Below, in pieces: positions 12,261 through 24,894 of a DNA stretch of 64,000 bases. Where the stretch lies: contig JAQFVV010000002.1 in NCBI GenBank assembly GCA_028023455.1, forward strand, positions 28,954,001-29,018,000. Direction: 5' to 3'. Position 1 is the stretch's first letter. Each line of letters starts with the position of its first letter. The notes beneath the pieces were generated by a model, which worked only from the letters and a program-made list of their open reading frames with translations, did no database searches and was not told the origin of the DNA. This DNA comes from Epiperipatus broadwayi. Taxonomy: Eukaryota; Animalia; Onychophora. A program made the position numbers and the translations under genes.

Positions 12261-14017
12261 TAAACATTATACCAAACAACTGCATTAGAGCACAGTATAA
12301 CATTGTATATACTGTAAATATGTATTTTTATATTTTCTTAATAAATAAGTATTATTCACCAGGTTATGTTTTTATACAAATCATATAGGAAATACAAGGA
12401 TCCCATTATTGCATCCTCAGGCCCTCATTGGTTACAATCTTTTATTTAGGCACCTACATATTAGTAGATCACTTTCAAGTACAAAGAATATTTCATGAAT
12501 CAGAAGGACTATCTATTGTGACACAAATTAACTTTTTGAAATTAGAAAAAAAGGCAATTGATTTAAAAAGTGTATGTGTGCTTTATGACAAAAGCATAGA
12601 TAATCAAAACACTAATGATGAAGGATTTATTATAAATAATAAAAGAATGTCATTATATAGATGGATATATTACATCAGATAGAATGAGAAGATAATTTAG
12701 ATATATGATGCAATTCAAATAAATGAAAGATACCAAATGCATGTAATTTACGTTTATTACTCAACAAGTTCCCATTGTGATATATAGGATTTTTATTTGG
12801 ACTTATAAAACTGTTTTTCATAAGACTTAATAACATTTTCAATTTGTTTGAGAAACTTTAATGCTAACAATTAAAAGATAAAAGTGACTTAAATAAATTT
12901 GGTTATGGGGATAAAAATGAAGGAGGACATGGACTTGTGGAGTTTGTTAAAGTACAAAAACTATACAGAATAAAATCTTTATGTAGAAAGATTTTAAATC
13001 GAAATGAAAATGGAAACATACAAATGAAAGTACAATAGAATTGGATTATAGTTTGACTAAAAAAAATATGTATATCAAAAAAGAAATAATAAAACAAGAT
13101 ATGATTAACAATTAGTGAGATGTGTTAATGGAAAAACAAAAATTCTTAAGAAAAGTAAAATTAAAAGATATAATTGCTAACTTTCAGAAATACTGCAATA
13201 AATTTGAATTTTGAAAGAATTTTAAAATATTAATAGATCTCGGATTTGGTTTAGAATTGGATGAATTCAATAAGGAGATAACTGATACCCTATTAAGAAG
13301 TGAAACAAAGATAGCTGTCCCAAAACTTCAACAAGGTACCAATTGATTTTCCATTGAGACAAAGTATAAAAAAAAAATAAGATTTTTTTAAAAAATAGTC
13401 CATTAAAATAATTTAATACCTTGTAAAATGACACAAAAAGAATTAGAAATGATATAAAAAATTATAATTGTCGAATGGCAACAAAAGTTACAAAAGAGCA
13501 TAAAGCTCTTCAAAAATGAAGCGATATCTGTATTGTAAGCAAAGTTGTTTTAAAGCAGGACAATAAAAGTATTCCTGAAAATTAGGATGATATCATGAAA
13601 TGTATTGTTTTATAAAGAATTATACAGTAATGAGAGAATAAAAAATAATCTTTTACAATTACCATATCTTCTGAAATGGCAAATATTTTCAAAGAAGAGG
13701 TAAGCTATGCAATTGAATCTATGAAAAGGAAAGAAGCTTCAAGAACTCATGTTAATATTCTTGATATTTTAAATGAAATGAGTAAGAAAATGTTGGGAAA
13801 GCTAATTCCAAACGTTTAAATGATAAACATATAATAAATGGTTGAAAGAATGCAGCAACAATAATAAGATATAAGAAAGATGTTAAAAAAAGGTAATATG
13901 AATTACAGATCTATCAATCTTCATATCAATTCTATAGAAACATTTTATTAAATAATTATATGTTGTTTACAGTGACCATTAGTTTTAACCAACCAAAAGA
14001 ACACATTAGATTAGAAA

Positions 14018-14559
14018 TTTGAAATACCAGGCACTCTTACACCTGGAGCTTAATTGTAAATATAGAGGATTTGAACTCAGACTGTCATACCTCTTGACTA
14101 TCCACTCTCTCATACTACTGACACACATGACCACACATATACAGAAAAGATAAATAATCATCAATATATGTATTTTGTGCTAAACCAGCACTCATGAGTT
14201 GGTCCACACTACCCACTCCCATGCATATATATAATCAGTGCTCAGTTTATATTAAGATAGCAAATCCTTACACTTTAATAGACAGGCTTCAACCCACTTC
14301 AACCTCCAACTCTTCAGCCATCCATACCATTGAAAATCTGATGATAGAATTCCCAAATCCCTTGCTGATTTTAATCTAAACTGAGCACTGATTATATATA
14401 TATATATATGGGAGATGGTAGCCTGGACCAACTGATGAGTGCTGGTTTAGCACGAAATATTGATATTGGTGATTATTTATCTTTTCTGCATGGGTGTCAG
14501 TAGTATGAGATAGTGTGGATAGTGAAGGGACTTGAAAGTCTGGGTTCAAACCCCCTATA
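14018..14559. mobile_element. Family 2 inverted-repeat element with hammerhead motifs in both arms
   Basis: Arms ~14060-14262 and ~14378-14559 are reverse complements; TTAGATT(T)A(G/A)AA flanks both sides. Confidence 0.8.
14427..14470 (+). ncRNA. Type I hammerhead ribozyme, family 2 (canonical core)
   Basis: ACCAA CUGAUGA GUGCU GGUUU AGCAC GAAA U AUUG AUA^UUGGU: 5-bp helix I, 5-bp helix II with G10.1-C11.1, 2-bp helix III; cleavage after 14465. Confidence 0.85.
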
Positions 14560-15379
14560 TTAGATTTAAAAGTAATCTTAGCAAAGTTACACACTTTCAA
14601 ATATTGACAGAAGATATAGAAAAAACCACTTTATAAAAATTATCATTATGTGTTCATTTGAAAATTGCAGAATGGCATATGATTCCTTTACCATTTCATG
14701 GGAATTAATGTTTGGGTCATCAAAACATAGACTCAGGACAATGTTATTTTCTGAAGAATATTTATCAAAATACAATCATGGTGATTGTATTTCATGGTGA
14801 CAATAATAAAAGGAAGAATGGCAAGTGTATATGACAGGATGTCTCTATTTATACAAAAGTTGTACTTCTCTATGAAGTATTTTGTAAATTAAATTAAGAA
14901 GGTAAGACAGTAAAATGAAATGGAACGATTTTTGTGATCATAATTTTGATTATTGTCATTGTTAGTTTTTTTTTATAACGCAAGGAAAGAACAAAATATT
15001 TAACACTAGCCTTTTTCTTCTTGTTGTTACCAAAAAACAAAAAAGGACCGGATCGCTGCCACATTTGTATTCTTATGAAGATCATTATGAAGATGGTTGT
15101 TGGTGGTTTATTTTTTATAAGGGGAGTAAAAAAAAAAGCAAGAAAAATTAAAAAATTACCCACCACTTTGTCTTCTAGTATTTGTTCCGGTAAAATGTCT
15201 TAACGTAGTATTTGTCAATAATAGCATTCTCTCAATCAAAGCACATCTAAGGTTTTACATTATTTTTCATTATTTCTATTTTAAACAAGTCATACTCTAG
15301 CTATGAGTGTTTTGGAGGCAAAGGTGAAATTGTCAGGGGAGAAATGTTATATTTATTGCATTCAGTAGTAATTTGGTAG

Positions 15380-15870
15380 TACTTGATAGGATCTACATGC
15401 AGGTAAAAAGACTTAGTGTGAATAGAAATTTATTATTGATAGTATTAAAAGAATGCCTATGTGTTTGATAAAGAAGTTGTATTTATCAGTTCTTACATAT
15501 TGATCTGAAACTTGGAGAGTTAACAGAACATCGATCAACACTCACCTCAGACGGCTCAATAATATATATATATATATTAGGAATAACAAGAACAGATCGA
15601 AAATTCATGTATTAATGAGAAAAATAATAAAACCACTGTCATTATTAAATAAAAATAGAGCTGTACTGGGCGTAGAGCTAGAAGTGGAAATAATATATGG
15701 ACAATTGAAGTTTTAAATTTGATCCAAGATATTGTAAAAGATGCAGAAAGAGATCACATCAATAGATAAAAGCAGGTTTGTGAGTGTTATGTGGGCAAGA
15801 GGTTCTTTATGTAGCAAAAGTGGAATAAAATTGGAAACATTCATCCTGCAATGACCCTATCATAGTTGAT
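15380..15870 (+). mobile_element. Decayed RTE-clade LINE 3-prime fragment
   Basis: ETWRVNRT-like motif and RTE-like C-terminal remnants. Confidence 0.5.
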
Positions 15871-16124
15871 AAGGTGATTTTGAAATATATTTTAATATAC
15901 ATAATTATGTTTTGATAATCTGCCATTCTAAATATGTTTATAAAATACTGATTACGATTTGAACTTCTTATAACTTGTCATTTCTACTACATAAACTAAT
16001 TTATAAAGTGTAAAAGCTAAAATTATGAGACAGTTCACACGTTTTTTCATGTGTTTTACAGAAAATGAGTTAAAACTAAATGATCATTTCATATGCTTAC
16101 ACATGCTGCTAATATGAATGCCAA

Positions 16125-16420
16125 ACTCTCAATACAGTAGTGCCACCAAGTGCAAGCAGTTGTAATCAATGGATACAGAAGACTTTGTGCATAAAATCCC
16201 TATGTAGTGCCTATTTATCTAACATCCACAGACTACTTTTTATTTTGTGGCTTCCATCAGTGAGAATTTGATTTAAAAGCCTGCAACTATCTAGTAACTA
16301 GTCTGGGGTGGTGGATAAGTAAGTACAAGATAGGGATCTTATGCACAAACCTTCCTGCATCCATTGATTACAATGGCTTGCACTTGGTACCTCTATTACA
16401 TGGAGAGGTTGGTGCTCTTA
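16125..16420. mobile_element. Family 1 fold-back element, degenerate hammerhead
   Basis: CTCTCAATACAGTAGTGCCACC..CATCAGTGAG arm and ACTAGTCTGGGG..ATGGAGAGGTTGG arm. Confidence 0.8.
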
Positions 16421-16559
16421 TGCAAATGAGTTGTTATATTGAATGGATAAAACATTCAAAGCATTCAAAATAAAATTATAGTAATAAATTCAGAATTAGC
16501 ATAAGGAAATTATTTTCAAGTGATTTTCAATCTATATTTATTTTATATAGAATCATTAA

Positions 16560-17220
16560 AACTGCTTATAAAAAGATAACTCGCAGACCTTTAACGTTAA
16601 TTTTTAATAATTCCAAAAATCACTCTACAAACATTTTAGAAAATCAATAGAAGCTACATTTCCTCGAAACCAGACCTGCTTGATCGTGTTTTTTGGTCCC
16701 TTTTATAGAGATCAGCGTCTTCAATCTGAAAAAGCCATACAGTTTTGGTTACATAACTATTTACAGAGCGATTTTATGCAAATGATGTATTTTACTTTTT
16801 GAAATCGACGAGAGATGGCAGCACTGAATTATTGGGAAAGGCATTAGCATGTTTAAAAAATTTCATACTTTTGTAAATTATTTAATTGATTTTAGAAATA
16901 GTCATTGAAGCACCTGTACTAAAATATTTAATCAAAGAGGTAGCCTCCGCCGTATGTAGAAATATAAAAAAAAAATGTTTGACTTTAATAGTACCTTTTC
17001 AAGAAATATTTCAAGCCTGTAGCTTGAAAAGAAAGATAGTTATTAAAGATATTTGCTTCTATGAACAGCTATTCCCAACAATGCCTACTTGGAAACAAGT
17101 TCGATATCTAATACTGTAGGGCGACGTTCTGGGTAGTCTTTCGAACATTTGTACTGAAACCCTCACTATAAAACAGCATTTATTCCTAGAGAAAATTTCC
17201 CGTATGAAAACATAACTCCA
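16560..17220. promoter_or_regulatory. CpG-retaining region with CTCF-like GAGAGATGGCAGCAC (16810-16824)
   Basis: Cluster of CG dinucleotides (ATCGACGAG, CTCCGCCGT, GGGCGACGTT) in a CpG-poor background. Confidence 0.3.
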
Positions 17221-17465
17221 TGTGTGTAAATTTAAAAAGAAATCAGATGTATTAATCTTTAACTGAGGTTTAAAGTTTATATCTGTGCTAGAGATAATCT
17301 CTAGTTTCGAAAATGATTAGTAATAATCATTGGTGTATTATCTGAGATGGATGGCGTCAAAGTTGTAAGTGGAGGAAGTTTGACAATGGTAAATGAAAAT
17401 GTAACAATTTACTCTAGATAAATACTTTGCATATTATAAAGATGTATATGAGAGATTGTGACCTG

Positions 17466-17510
17466 GGTCAACTGATAAGTGAGTGCTGGTTCGGCACAAA
17501 ATGCATCATG
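17466..17510 (+). mobile_element. Degenerate family 2 hammerhead remnant
   Basis: GTCAA CTGATAAGTGA GTGC TGGTTCG GCAC AAAA TGCATC; helix II kept, core disrupted. Confidence 0.55.
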
Positions 17511-17639
17511 GGGGTCATTTGTCTTTTATTCTATCTTTATTTATATGTATTTAAAAAGAATGGGGAAGTATGGAGATATTTATTATATCTATTAAAAAAC
17601 TTACTTAATTCAATATGGTTGAAAATAATAAAGAAGACT

Positions 17640-18590
17640 TGAAAATCCATTAGGGCACATATTTTCAAAAGAAAATGGAATGCCAAGTATTAAAAATGTA
17701 TGTTACTTTAGATGTGTTTTGCCAGTACTTATTTATGAATCTGAGACGTGGAAATTTCAGATGACTCCACAAAGTAAGGAAAGATACGTGCTAGGATTAG
17801 CAGGAAAAGATCAGAACACATGGATGTGAGAACAAGCAAGTATCACTAAAAGAATTGAAAACTGCAATGAAACTGGATTGGACATCTTTATAGAAGAGAG
17901 AATAATAGATGAGCTGTTGAAGTTGTAAAGTGGGTCACAAGAGAATGTAAAAGACCAAGAGAAAATCCATGTGAGAAATGGGCAGATGAAATAAAATTAT
18001 ATGTTTGTGTACTGTAGACAAAAGAGAAGTTTGTAATACACTTGATTAAATTTGGAGACCTTCATCTTGCAGTAGATTAATTAGGATGGAAAATGATGAT
18101 ATATTATTTGATATACAAGACTTTTAATAATTTTTACATTCGCAACAGGTGGCATTATAAATCTGAGACTTGGAGACTTCAGATAACTCTACAAAGTATA
18201 GAGAGATACATGCTAGGATTAACAGGAAAAGATCTAAACACATGGATGAGAGAACAAACAAGTATCATTGACAGAATTGAAAACTGCAATGCAACTGGAC
18301 TGGACATCTTTGTAGAAGAGAGAATAATAGATCAAAAGTTGAAGTTTTCAAGTGGATAACAAAAAAATAAAAAGACTTAGAGAAAGTCCATTTGAGAGAT
18401 GGGAAAATGAAATAACATTATATGCGAGTGTACTATGGAGAAAAGATGCGAAAGTTTCTGATAAATTTGATTAAATTTGGAGATCTTCATCTGCCAGTGT
18501 ATTAATTAGGATTGGAAATGATGATATATTATTTGCTATACCAAAATTTTAATAATTTTTACATCCCACCAGGAGGCGCTATGTATTCAT
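17640..18590 (+). mobile_element. RTE-clade LINE 3-prime fragment, tandemly duplicated (~423 bp period)
   Basis: CVLPVLIYESETW..ERYVLG..KDQNTW and YKSETW..SIERYMLGLTGKDLNTWMREQT. Confidence 0.8.
18566..18581 (+). promoter_or_regulatory. CTCF-like motif CCACCAGGAGGCGCTA
   Basis: Near match to the CTCF core consensus; related motifs at 18141, 19057 and 21442. Confidence 0.45.
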
Positions 18591-19089
18591 CTAAGGAAAA
18601 AAGTTAACACTGCTATATGGAATGGAACATACCGAGTTAGAAAAATATTTCTTAAAATTATGTTTTTAAATAAAATGAATGATTTAAAAAACTAATTATT
18701 TGAACTTAATAATAAACTAATAGTAATCAAAAATGTTCAAATTACTTATAGAAAACCTAGAATTAAAATAGGATTTTTTTTTTTAATGTTTTTAATATGT
18801 AACTTTTGTACTGTAAAAAAAAATATTTCTTGGATAATTTACTTCACAGATTTGTATTAATCTTACGGTTTGCTTGGCCTTCATCTTAGACGTGATCAGA
18901 CAAAGTATTTCCTCAATTTTATTTTATAAAACTTGGTTTAATATAAAAGATTCAGACTTTTCTATTTCTATGTATTCATTCTAGGAAGAAAACCATGTGC
19001 GATAAAGATCAAAATGTTACTATTGAAAGTTCTTCGTAATTTGATTTAACAGTTTTCCACCAGGTGGCTATTATTAATATTTATGAAGA

Positions 19090-20010
19090 TTACTTAGAAA
19101 AAGTACAAAGAGAAATAGGAAGACATGATTAGATGCAAATGTGTGGACCGCAAAAGTGGCAATTCAAAGAGAAATGGGATGGTCAAGCTTTTATATGAGA
19201 GATGCAAAAAGCAAAATGAAAATGTTTGGTAGATTGCAATTATGGATAATAAGAGAATAGCCAAAATAGTATTCATTTGGGTTATGAGTAAAGCATAGGC
19301 AAAAAGATGGCCAAGAAAGATGGTATGGTGTGCAAAAGATTTGGATAAAGAATTTATGTCAGTATAGTTATATATATGTGGTGGGATGATTGTACCGGGC
19401 GAAATGTTGAGTGTTATTGTGACAGGATGGAAGAATAGATGTGTTAATAAAAAATATGGTGTTGGAGAGATGGAAAACTAATATGGAGAATAAAAAGGGT
19501 TCAAGTATATATAGAAACAGAATATAGAGGGCAAGTTAATTCATAATAATAGCAAGGAAATGAGTTTTCTATTTAAGGCTCAAACAGGATCTTTAGCAAC
19601 AGGGGAATATACACATAAATGGAAAAATGTGTGACTTAAACTGCAAGTTATGTAAGGAAGGCATAGAAAATATTAAGCATCTGTTAGTTGAATATAAATG
19701 CCTGCAACAGAAAGGGTACAAATAATGAAGTTGTGGAAGAATAAATATAAAAGTGATTTTATAGAAAGTTGTTTTTTTGTCTTTATGCTGGGTTTGGGAA
19801 AAGATAAAGGAGGTTTGACTATAAAGGCCATAGAGTTAAAAACGTTAATGTTGTGGAAAAAAGTTTGAGCAGGATAATGAAGAATGTAGGGAAAATGTAG
19901 GGTGGGGAATTAAAACAGATGGCAAGTTAGCTAAAAGGTTTTTTGGGGGCATAGTGGAAGAGAGATTCCTGACTCTGAAAAAGGAGAATCCACAGTGCAT
20001 CCATCACATA
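19090..20010 (+). mobile_element. 3-prime fragment of the 44.5-50.8 kb LINE family
   Basis: Matches 49860-50812 including the CKLCKEGIENIKHLLVEY zinc-knuckle region and CATCA-like tail. Confidence 0.8.
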
Positions 20011-23000
20011 AATATGCTAACAAGTTTCTCTGGGTATAGTGACTGACAGATTCCTGACTTCAATGAAAAAACATAGCACATCACATCACATAATGATGTT
20101 GAAAATCCACATGATTGTATTGATTCAAAATATGGATAATCTATTTTTTAAATCTCCTGTGAAATGCTATATGAAAACATTTGTAAATATTCTTGCTTCA
20201 TTAACTCACCTGGACATAAATATATTACTTAACTAGGATGCCAGATGACTGAATTATTATAAATGACCACATTTCATCTGATATAATGTAATTTCAAAGG
20301 ATGTCATGTGATTCCGGACTCTAATGTCAAACACGTGGATGACAAGTCCTTAGAATAAAGCTTGAAGTTGGTGAGGAGAAGACTGAAACTAATTTTATTG
20401 AAAAATTAAAACTTCGAAATATAAAAATATTTTTAAAATTTTGCTAATTATAGAAGCATATCATAAGTTCACTGTTTTGTGGTCATTGGTATATTCATAG
20501 TTGCCAATGAGAAATAAAAAAACATGATCATTTTACTAATATACTCCTGTAAGTATTAGGCATGTACTTTTTATATATTGTACTATTAAAACTATATACT
20601 CTTGGCAAACCATTTACTAAACAGCATTTCAAACGATTTGTGTTCCCATTTTTATTAGCAACTTCTACATTCATATCTGATATTTATATATAGGCACGGA
20701 AGTTGGGTCTAAATAAAATTTATGTGCAAGTGTATTTGCAATAAATCCATATTGATAATTAATCAGTACATAACCCAATTCTAAACTGCCTAACACCAGA
20801 CTAATAATAAATAAAGTACAAAACCATAAAACAATACAATATTAGATAAAATCCAAATTTTACCAAAATTCTTACACGACCATGTTTGCATCTACTAACA
20901 AATAGACCTTCTCAAGTGAAAATGAAACTAAAGAAACAACATATATATACTAAACAAAAAACTTTCCCATAATTCATTTCAAAAATCAAATTCCCTTCAC
21001 TTTAACTGCTTGAGTTTTCAGGCGCCATATTGAATTTTTTTAAAAACTGACCTGAGACACAATTTAGACAATAACTTCAGTTTTAATAATATTAGAGCAA
21101 AAAGAATTACATTAATAGAAACTAGAAAAACAAAGAAAAACAATAAGTGTAAGACAAATAGTGCTAATCATTTAAAAAGAAGAGAAAAAAAGAAATTTCA
21201 ATATCTGACATAATTATTATTTTATTGCTTGTTCATAATTTCTAATTTATCTTTACCTAAGATTAAATTGCATTTTTACTGATAGTTTCTTTGTATTGCT
21301 CACAAAATTATCTTTCAAACCATATATAATACTTCTTACCTGAGATAATCTATAGCTTCAGAATCTCCAAAACAAGTTGCATATGAATTTCTATATTTTT
21401 ATCATTTATATATATTGTAATGGACACTCAATCCATTCTGACACAGAGGGCGCCACCAGATCACTAGGTATCTGGAAAATTTATTGACTGTGATCAGAAT
21501 GGATGATGATGATGGTTTGTGCCGGCTAGACTCAGGGAGAAACAAGAGATCTTAAAATTGTTTAGACAATTGAGACACCAAAGCACTAACAAACGTCAGC
21601 CAAATTAAGTTTAAACCAATTTTTAACAATTTTATTAAGAGAAGACATATAAGAAAAGTTTATAAGTTAAAAAATAAATTACCTCAGCCATGTACCAGAA
21701 AGACTAAATGCAATGCTCTGCCAGATCTACTGATTCTCTAAGAAACGAGTTATAAAGGGAGGAAGCAAATTCCATTCAGCAGAGGATTCACCCAAACATT
21801 GGTTTTCACTTTCAGATATTTAATCAATACATTCTTGAAACAAATCAATGAAACCAGCGCCAGCGAGCTTTATGTGTCGGACCACGAATGTCATGTGTCG
21901 GTAGAATATGCACCTATTATTATGTTCAAAATAAAGGTGATTGATTTACCCTCAAAACAACCGAAAAATATGATTTAAAATGAAATGAAAACAAACAATT
22001 AAAACTGGCAAATCCCAGCCAAATGATTGGCGAAAACTACTCTAAGAATCATAATTAAAGGTCTCAATAGGAGACAAGTAAATCATTAGAAAAACAGTTA
22101 CATCTGCCCCAGCATTTAAAGTAAATGAATTACAAATAATTATAATTAAGAAATAAATTTATGAAACAAGTTCTGAGTACACACTCTGATAAATTTAAAG
22201 CATACATAAATACAAAATAATTCTATTGGAGAGTGCACATGAGTACGAAAATATTTGAGCTTTAAATACTTTAGCAGCACGAAAGTCTCGCTCACCTGTA
22301 ATTTATGAAAGGGATTAATATTGTCTTCCTGCTGGCAACTTAAAAAAAATTACAAAGCAAAAACAATTATAGTTTCCACTTTCAGAGATATAAGAAATGA
22401 AGACTATGAAAATAAAGTCACTAGCCAAAAGATTTGGTGGTTTGCAAAAGTGCAAACACGGTATTTAAAATTAATTATGGACTACTAAAATAATTACAGG
22501 TAAGCATTCAAAATATACATGACTGCTAAAGCATTTACCAAAAGTTAGGCATAAAAATAGAAAAACTCACTCGTCACTCTCCAATAAACAAAATTGAAAG
22601 CAACTTGGAATCTTAAAACTAAGATTCCTAGACACACGGCAAAATATAAGAAATCACAACAAATATTACATATGAGGTTAAATATTATTTATGAATACAG
22701 ATTTATAATTAGATTGAGTGGAGATTTAATGAAAAGAAATTTACCCTGGGAAGAATAAAAGAAAATATTACCTTACGGTAACGTACTGTTCAAGTAGAGT
22801 GCGCACTATTATTTTAGTCCATTTTCAGGTTCTTTGACAATGGCAAGATAGATGTAAAGAGGTTCCAACTTCTTCTAGAGGTTTATGGCATTACTGGAGC
22901 AGATTTGGAAGTTAGGGAACCATCCTTTGTTAAGTTAGCATGCCATTCTGGTGTTGACAACATGTACAGTATTTGTCATCTTGTTGCAATCAAAAGGATT

Positions 23001-23605
23001 TAACAACAGCGAATTTCCTTGAAGAATTTAAATGTCCGATCTACTGAACTCTGGATCACAACAGGCTGCAGTCCAAGTGCATAAAAGAATACGAACTTTC
23101 ACTTGAAAAACAGCTTGTCTAGTTAAGAATAATTAATAATTCTACTCCAAATTAGTGGGGCTATTTATACCTCTTACATTTCCTGTGAAACATTTTCCTT
23201 GTTGTTGAATTCTACACCTAAGGCAGGGCAAATATTAATCTCCAGTTCAATCTAATCTAAGAATTCTACCCAGGGATTATTAAAACAAAAACAACAACAC
23301 AAATCAAATCTCCACATTTTAGAATGAGTTTATAATGGTTAAAATAAAAGCAACAGGAATGTAATTAGCTAGCCAGCTTGTTTTTAATAATCAAATTGAT
23401 TTTTACAAAAAAATTAAAAACAAGCGGTATAAGAAAACTATTTTAAAAACAATTTTATAAACATTAAAACAATCTATAAATGAGTAGGTGTTTTAATACA
23501 CATACTCTTTTTAATAATTAAAATTTTTTTTACTTTTAACTTTAGAAACTAGACGAAATTAAAAGTTTTGGCAGTAAAACCTTTGAATCTGATGTCAATC
23601 CAGTT

Positions 23606-23607
<2 letters not shown>

Positions 23608-23689
<82 letters not shown>
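23608..23689. repeat. (TA)n microsatellite
   Basis: About 41 TA units. Confidence 0.98.
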
Positions 23690-23692
<3 letters not shown>

Positions 23693-23694
23693 AA

Positions 23695-23766
23695 AGTGTT
23701 GACCAGGAAGTGAACCTGGGCCAGCTGCTTGGAAGGCATCTATGCTAACCATTAGGCTATCAACAC
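23695..23766 (-). pseudogene. tRNA-Gly(TCC)-derived pseudogene or SINE head
   Basis: GTGTTGA TA GCCTAATGGTTAGCAT A GATGC CTTCCAA GCAGC TGGC CCAGG TTCACTT CCTGG TCAACAC T: perfect acceptor and T stems, TCC anticodon, mismatched anticodon stem, aberrant T loop. Confidence 0.85.
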
Positions 23767-24894
23767 TTGACTTTATCTTGTAACCCAAAAGTTTCCAAAT
23801 TCCAAAGGGTCTATAAAAAAGATTCATCCTAATAAAGGATACAAAACAAATCAAATGAAGATAGATTTGCAATTGTCATCATAGCCATTGGCTTCTTGTC
23901 TATCAAAAATTAGAAATTGTAGCCTACTGTCTGTATCACTGATAAAAAGAGTTTCATCTCTTCACTTTATATTTTTTGTGTACATCAGTGCTGTTTATAT
24001 TTTTTATGCACACCAGTGATGCTATCTTGTTATATTTATTGTCCCACAAAGATATAATTTATTTGCATATAGCTCATTTGCTAACTATAGACTTGAAAAT
24101 AATGTGATGCAAGATGTCACAAAACTACTGACTCCATAGCATGAGTATCAAGGCATAGACTAAAATCAGAATGATTCTTCATCTGCATACAATTAATTCC
24201 ATGTGGTATATGGATGACCATTGTGGTTACTCCTACACAAACATCATTTGAAATATCTCTTTTATTGGTTTTAAGTGTTTATATTACCACATTTTCTATT
24301 CTAAATTTATAAATTAACTAGATTAAACTGTTTTAAGGAAAATTAACTTAAGTTTATTATTATAGCAACAATGTATTTTCTACAAATGAAGTAACAGGCT
24401 TTTTACTAATCATTATGTAAAATTTAAGACCCTTTATTAAAATTGACCATTATTTACTACCATTTAATAATGATGTAGCAAAATATAAAGGCTACAAAAT
24501 GTATACAGTAGAACCCTATTCCATAATCCATTTCCAAAAACTATCTATCTTTAATATCAAAGAAAGTTTTTATAAGACTGATGGCCTTGGATTAAAAAGA
24601 TTGATTATCAGAGAATTTTAACTCTTCTTTAAATTATTATTTTTCATGAAAGACAATATTTATAATTTGTATTCAGTTCATAAACATGCAAAGCTGAGTT
24701 ATGAAACTTATTTTTAATTCTAAAAAAAATTTAACTACTTTATTAAAACTCAATTTACTTTGGCTTATATAAATTATACATCTGCAAGGAATCTTATAAC
24801 TACACCAAAAAAAAACATTTACCACCAATACACTCTTTTTAACTATTCAATGATGAACTTGAATAAAGGTCATTTTTTCAAGTAAATTTCAAAC

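Larger units (their letters stand above)
10980..14017. repeat. Segmental duplication block X, copy A
   Basis: Colinear with 28900-29840, 33700-33921+36371-37800, 51400-54770 and 55850-59320 (shared CTGACAGGAAATAG, AGCGGTTTTAA.GATCCTATG, GC-richer core, RTE tail). Confidence 0.85.
13250..14790 (+). mobile_element. Decayed RTE-clade LINE RT fragment, interrupted by family 2 element
   Basis: EEVSYAIESMKRKEASR, KKG..NYRSINL, NQPKE, MAYDS-like remnants; continuity restored across 14018-14559 using paralog 54480. Confidence 0.7.

Noticed and set aside
21020-21035. YY1-like CAATATGGCGCC
   Set aside because: Single short imperfect match with no supporting context.
23549-23872. 107-aa ORF with IY repeat
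   Set aside because: Translation of the (TA)n microsatellite.
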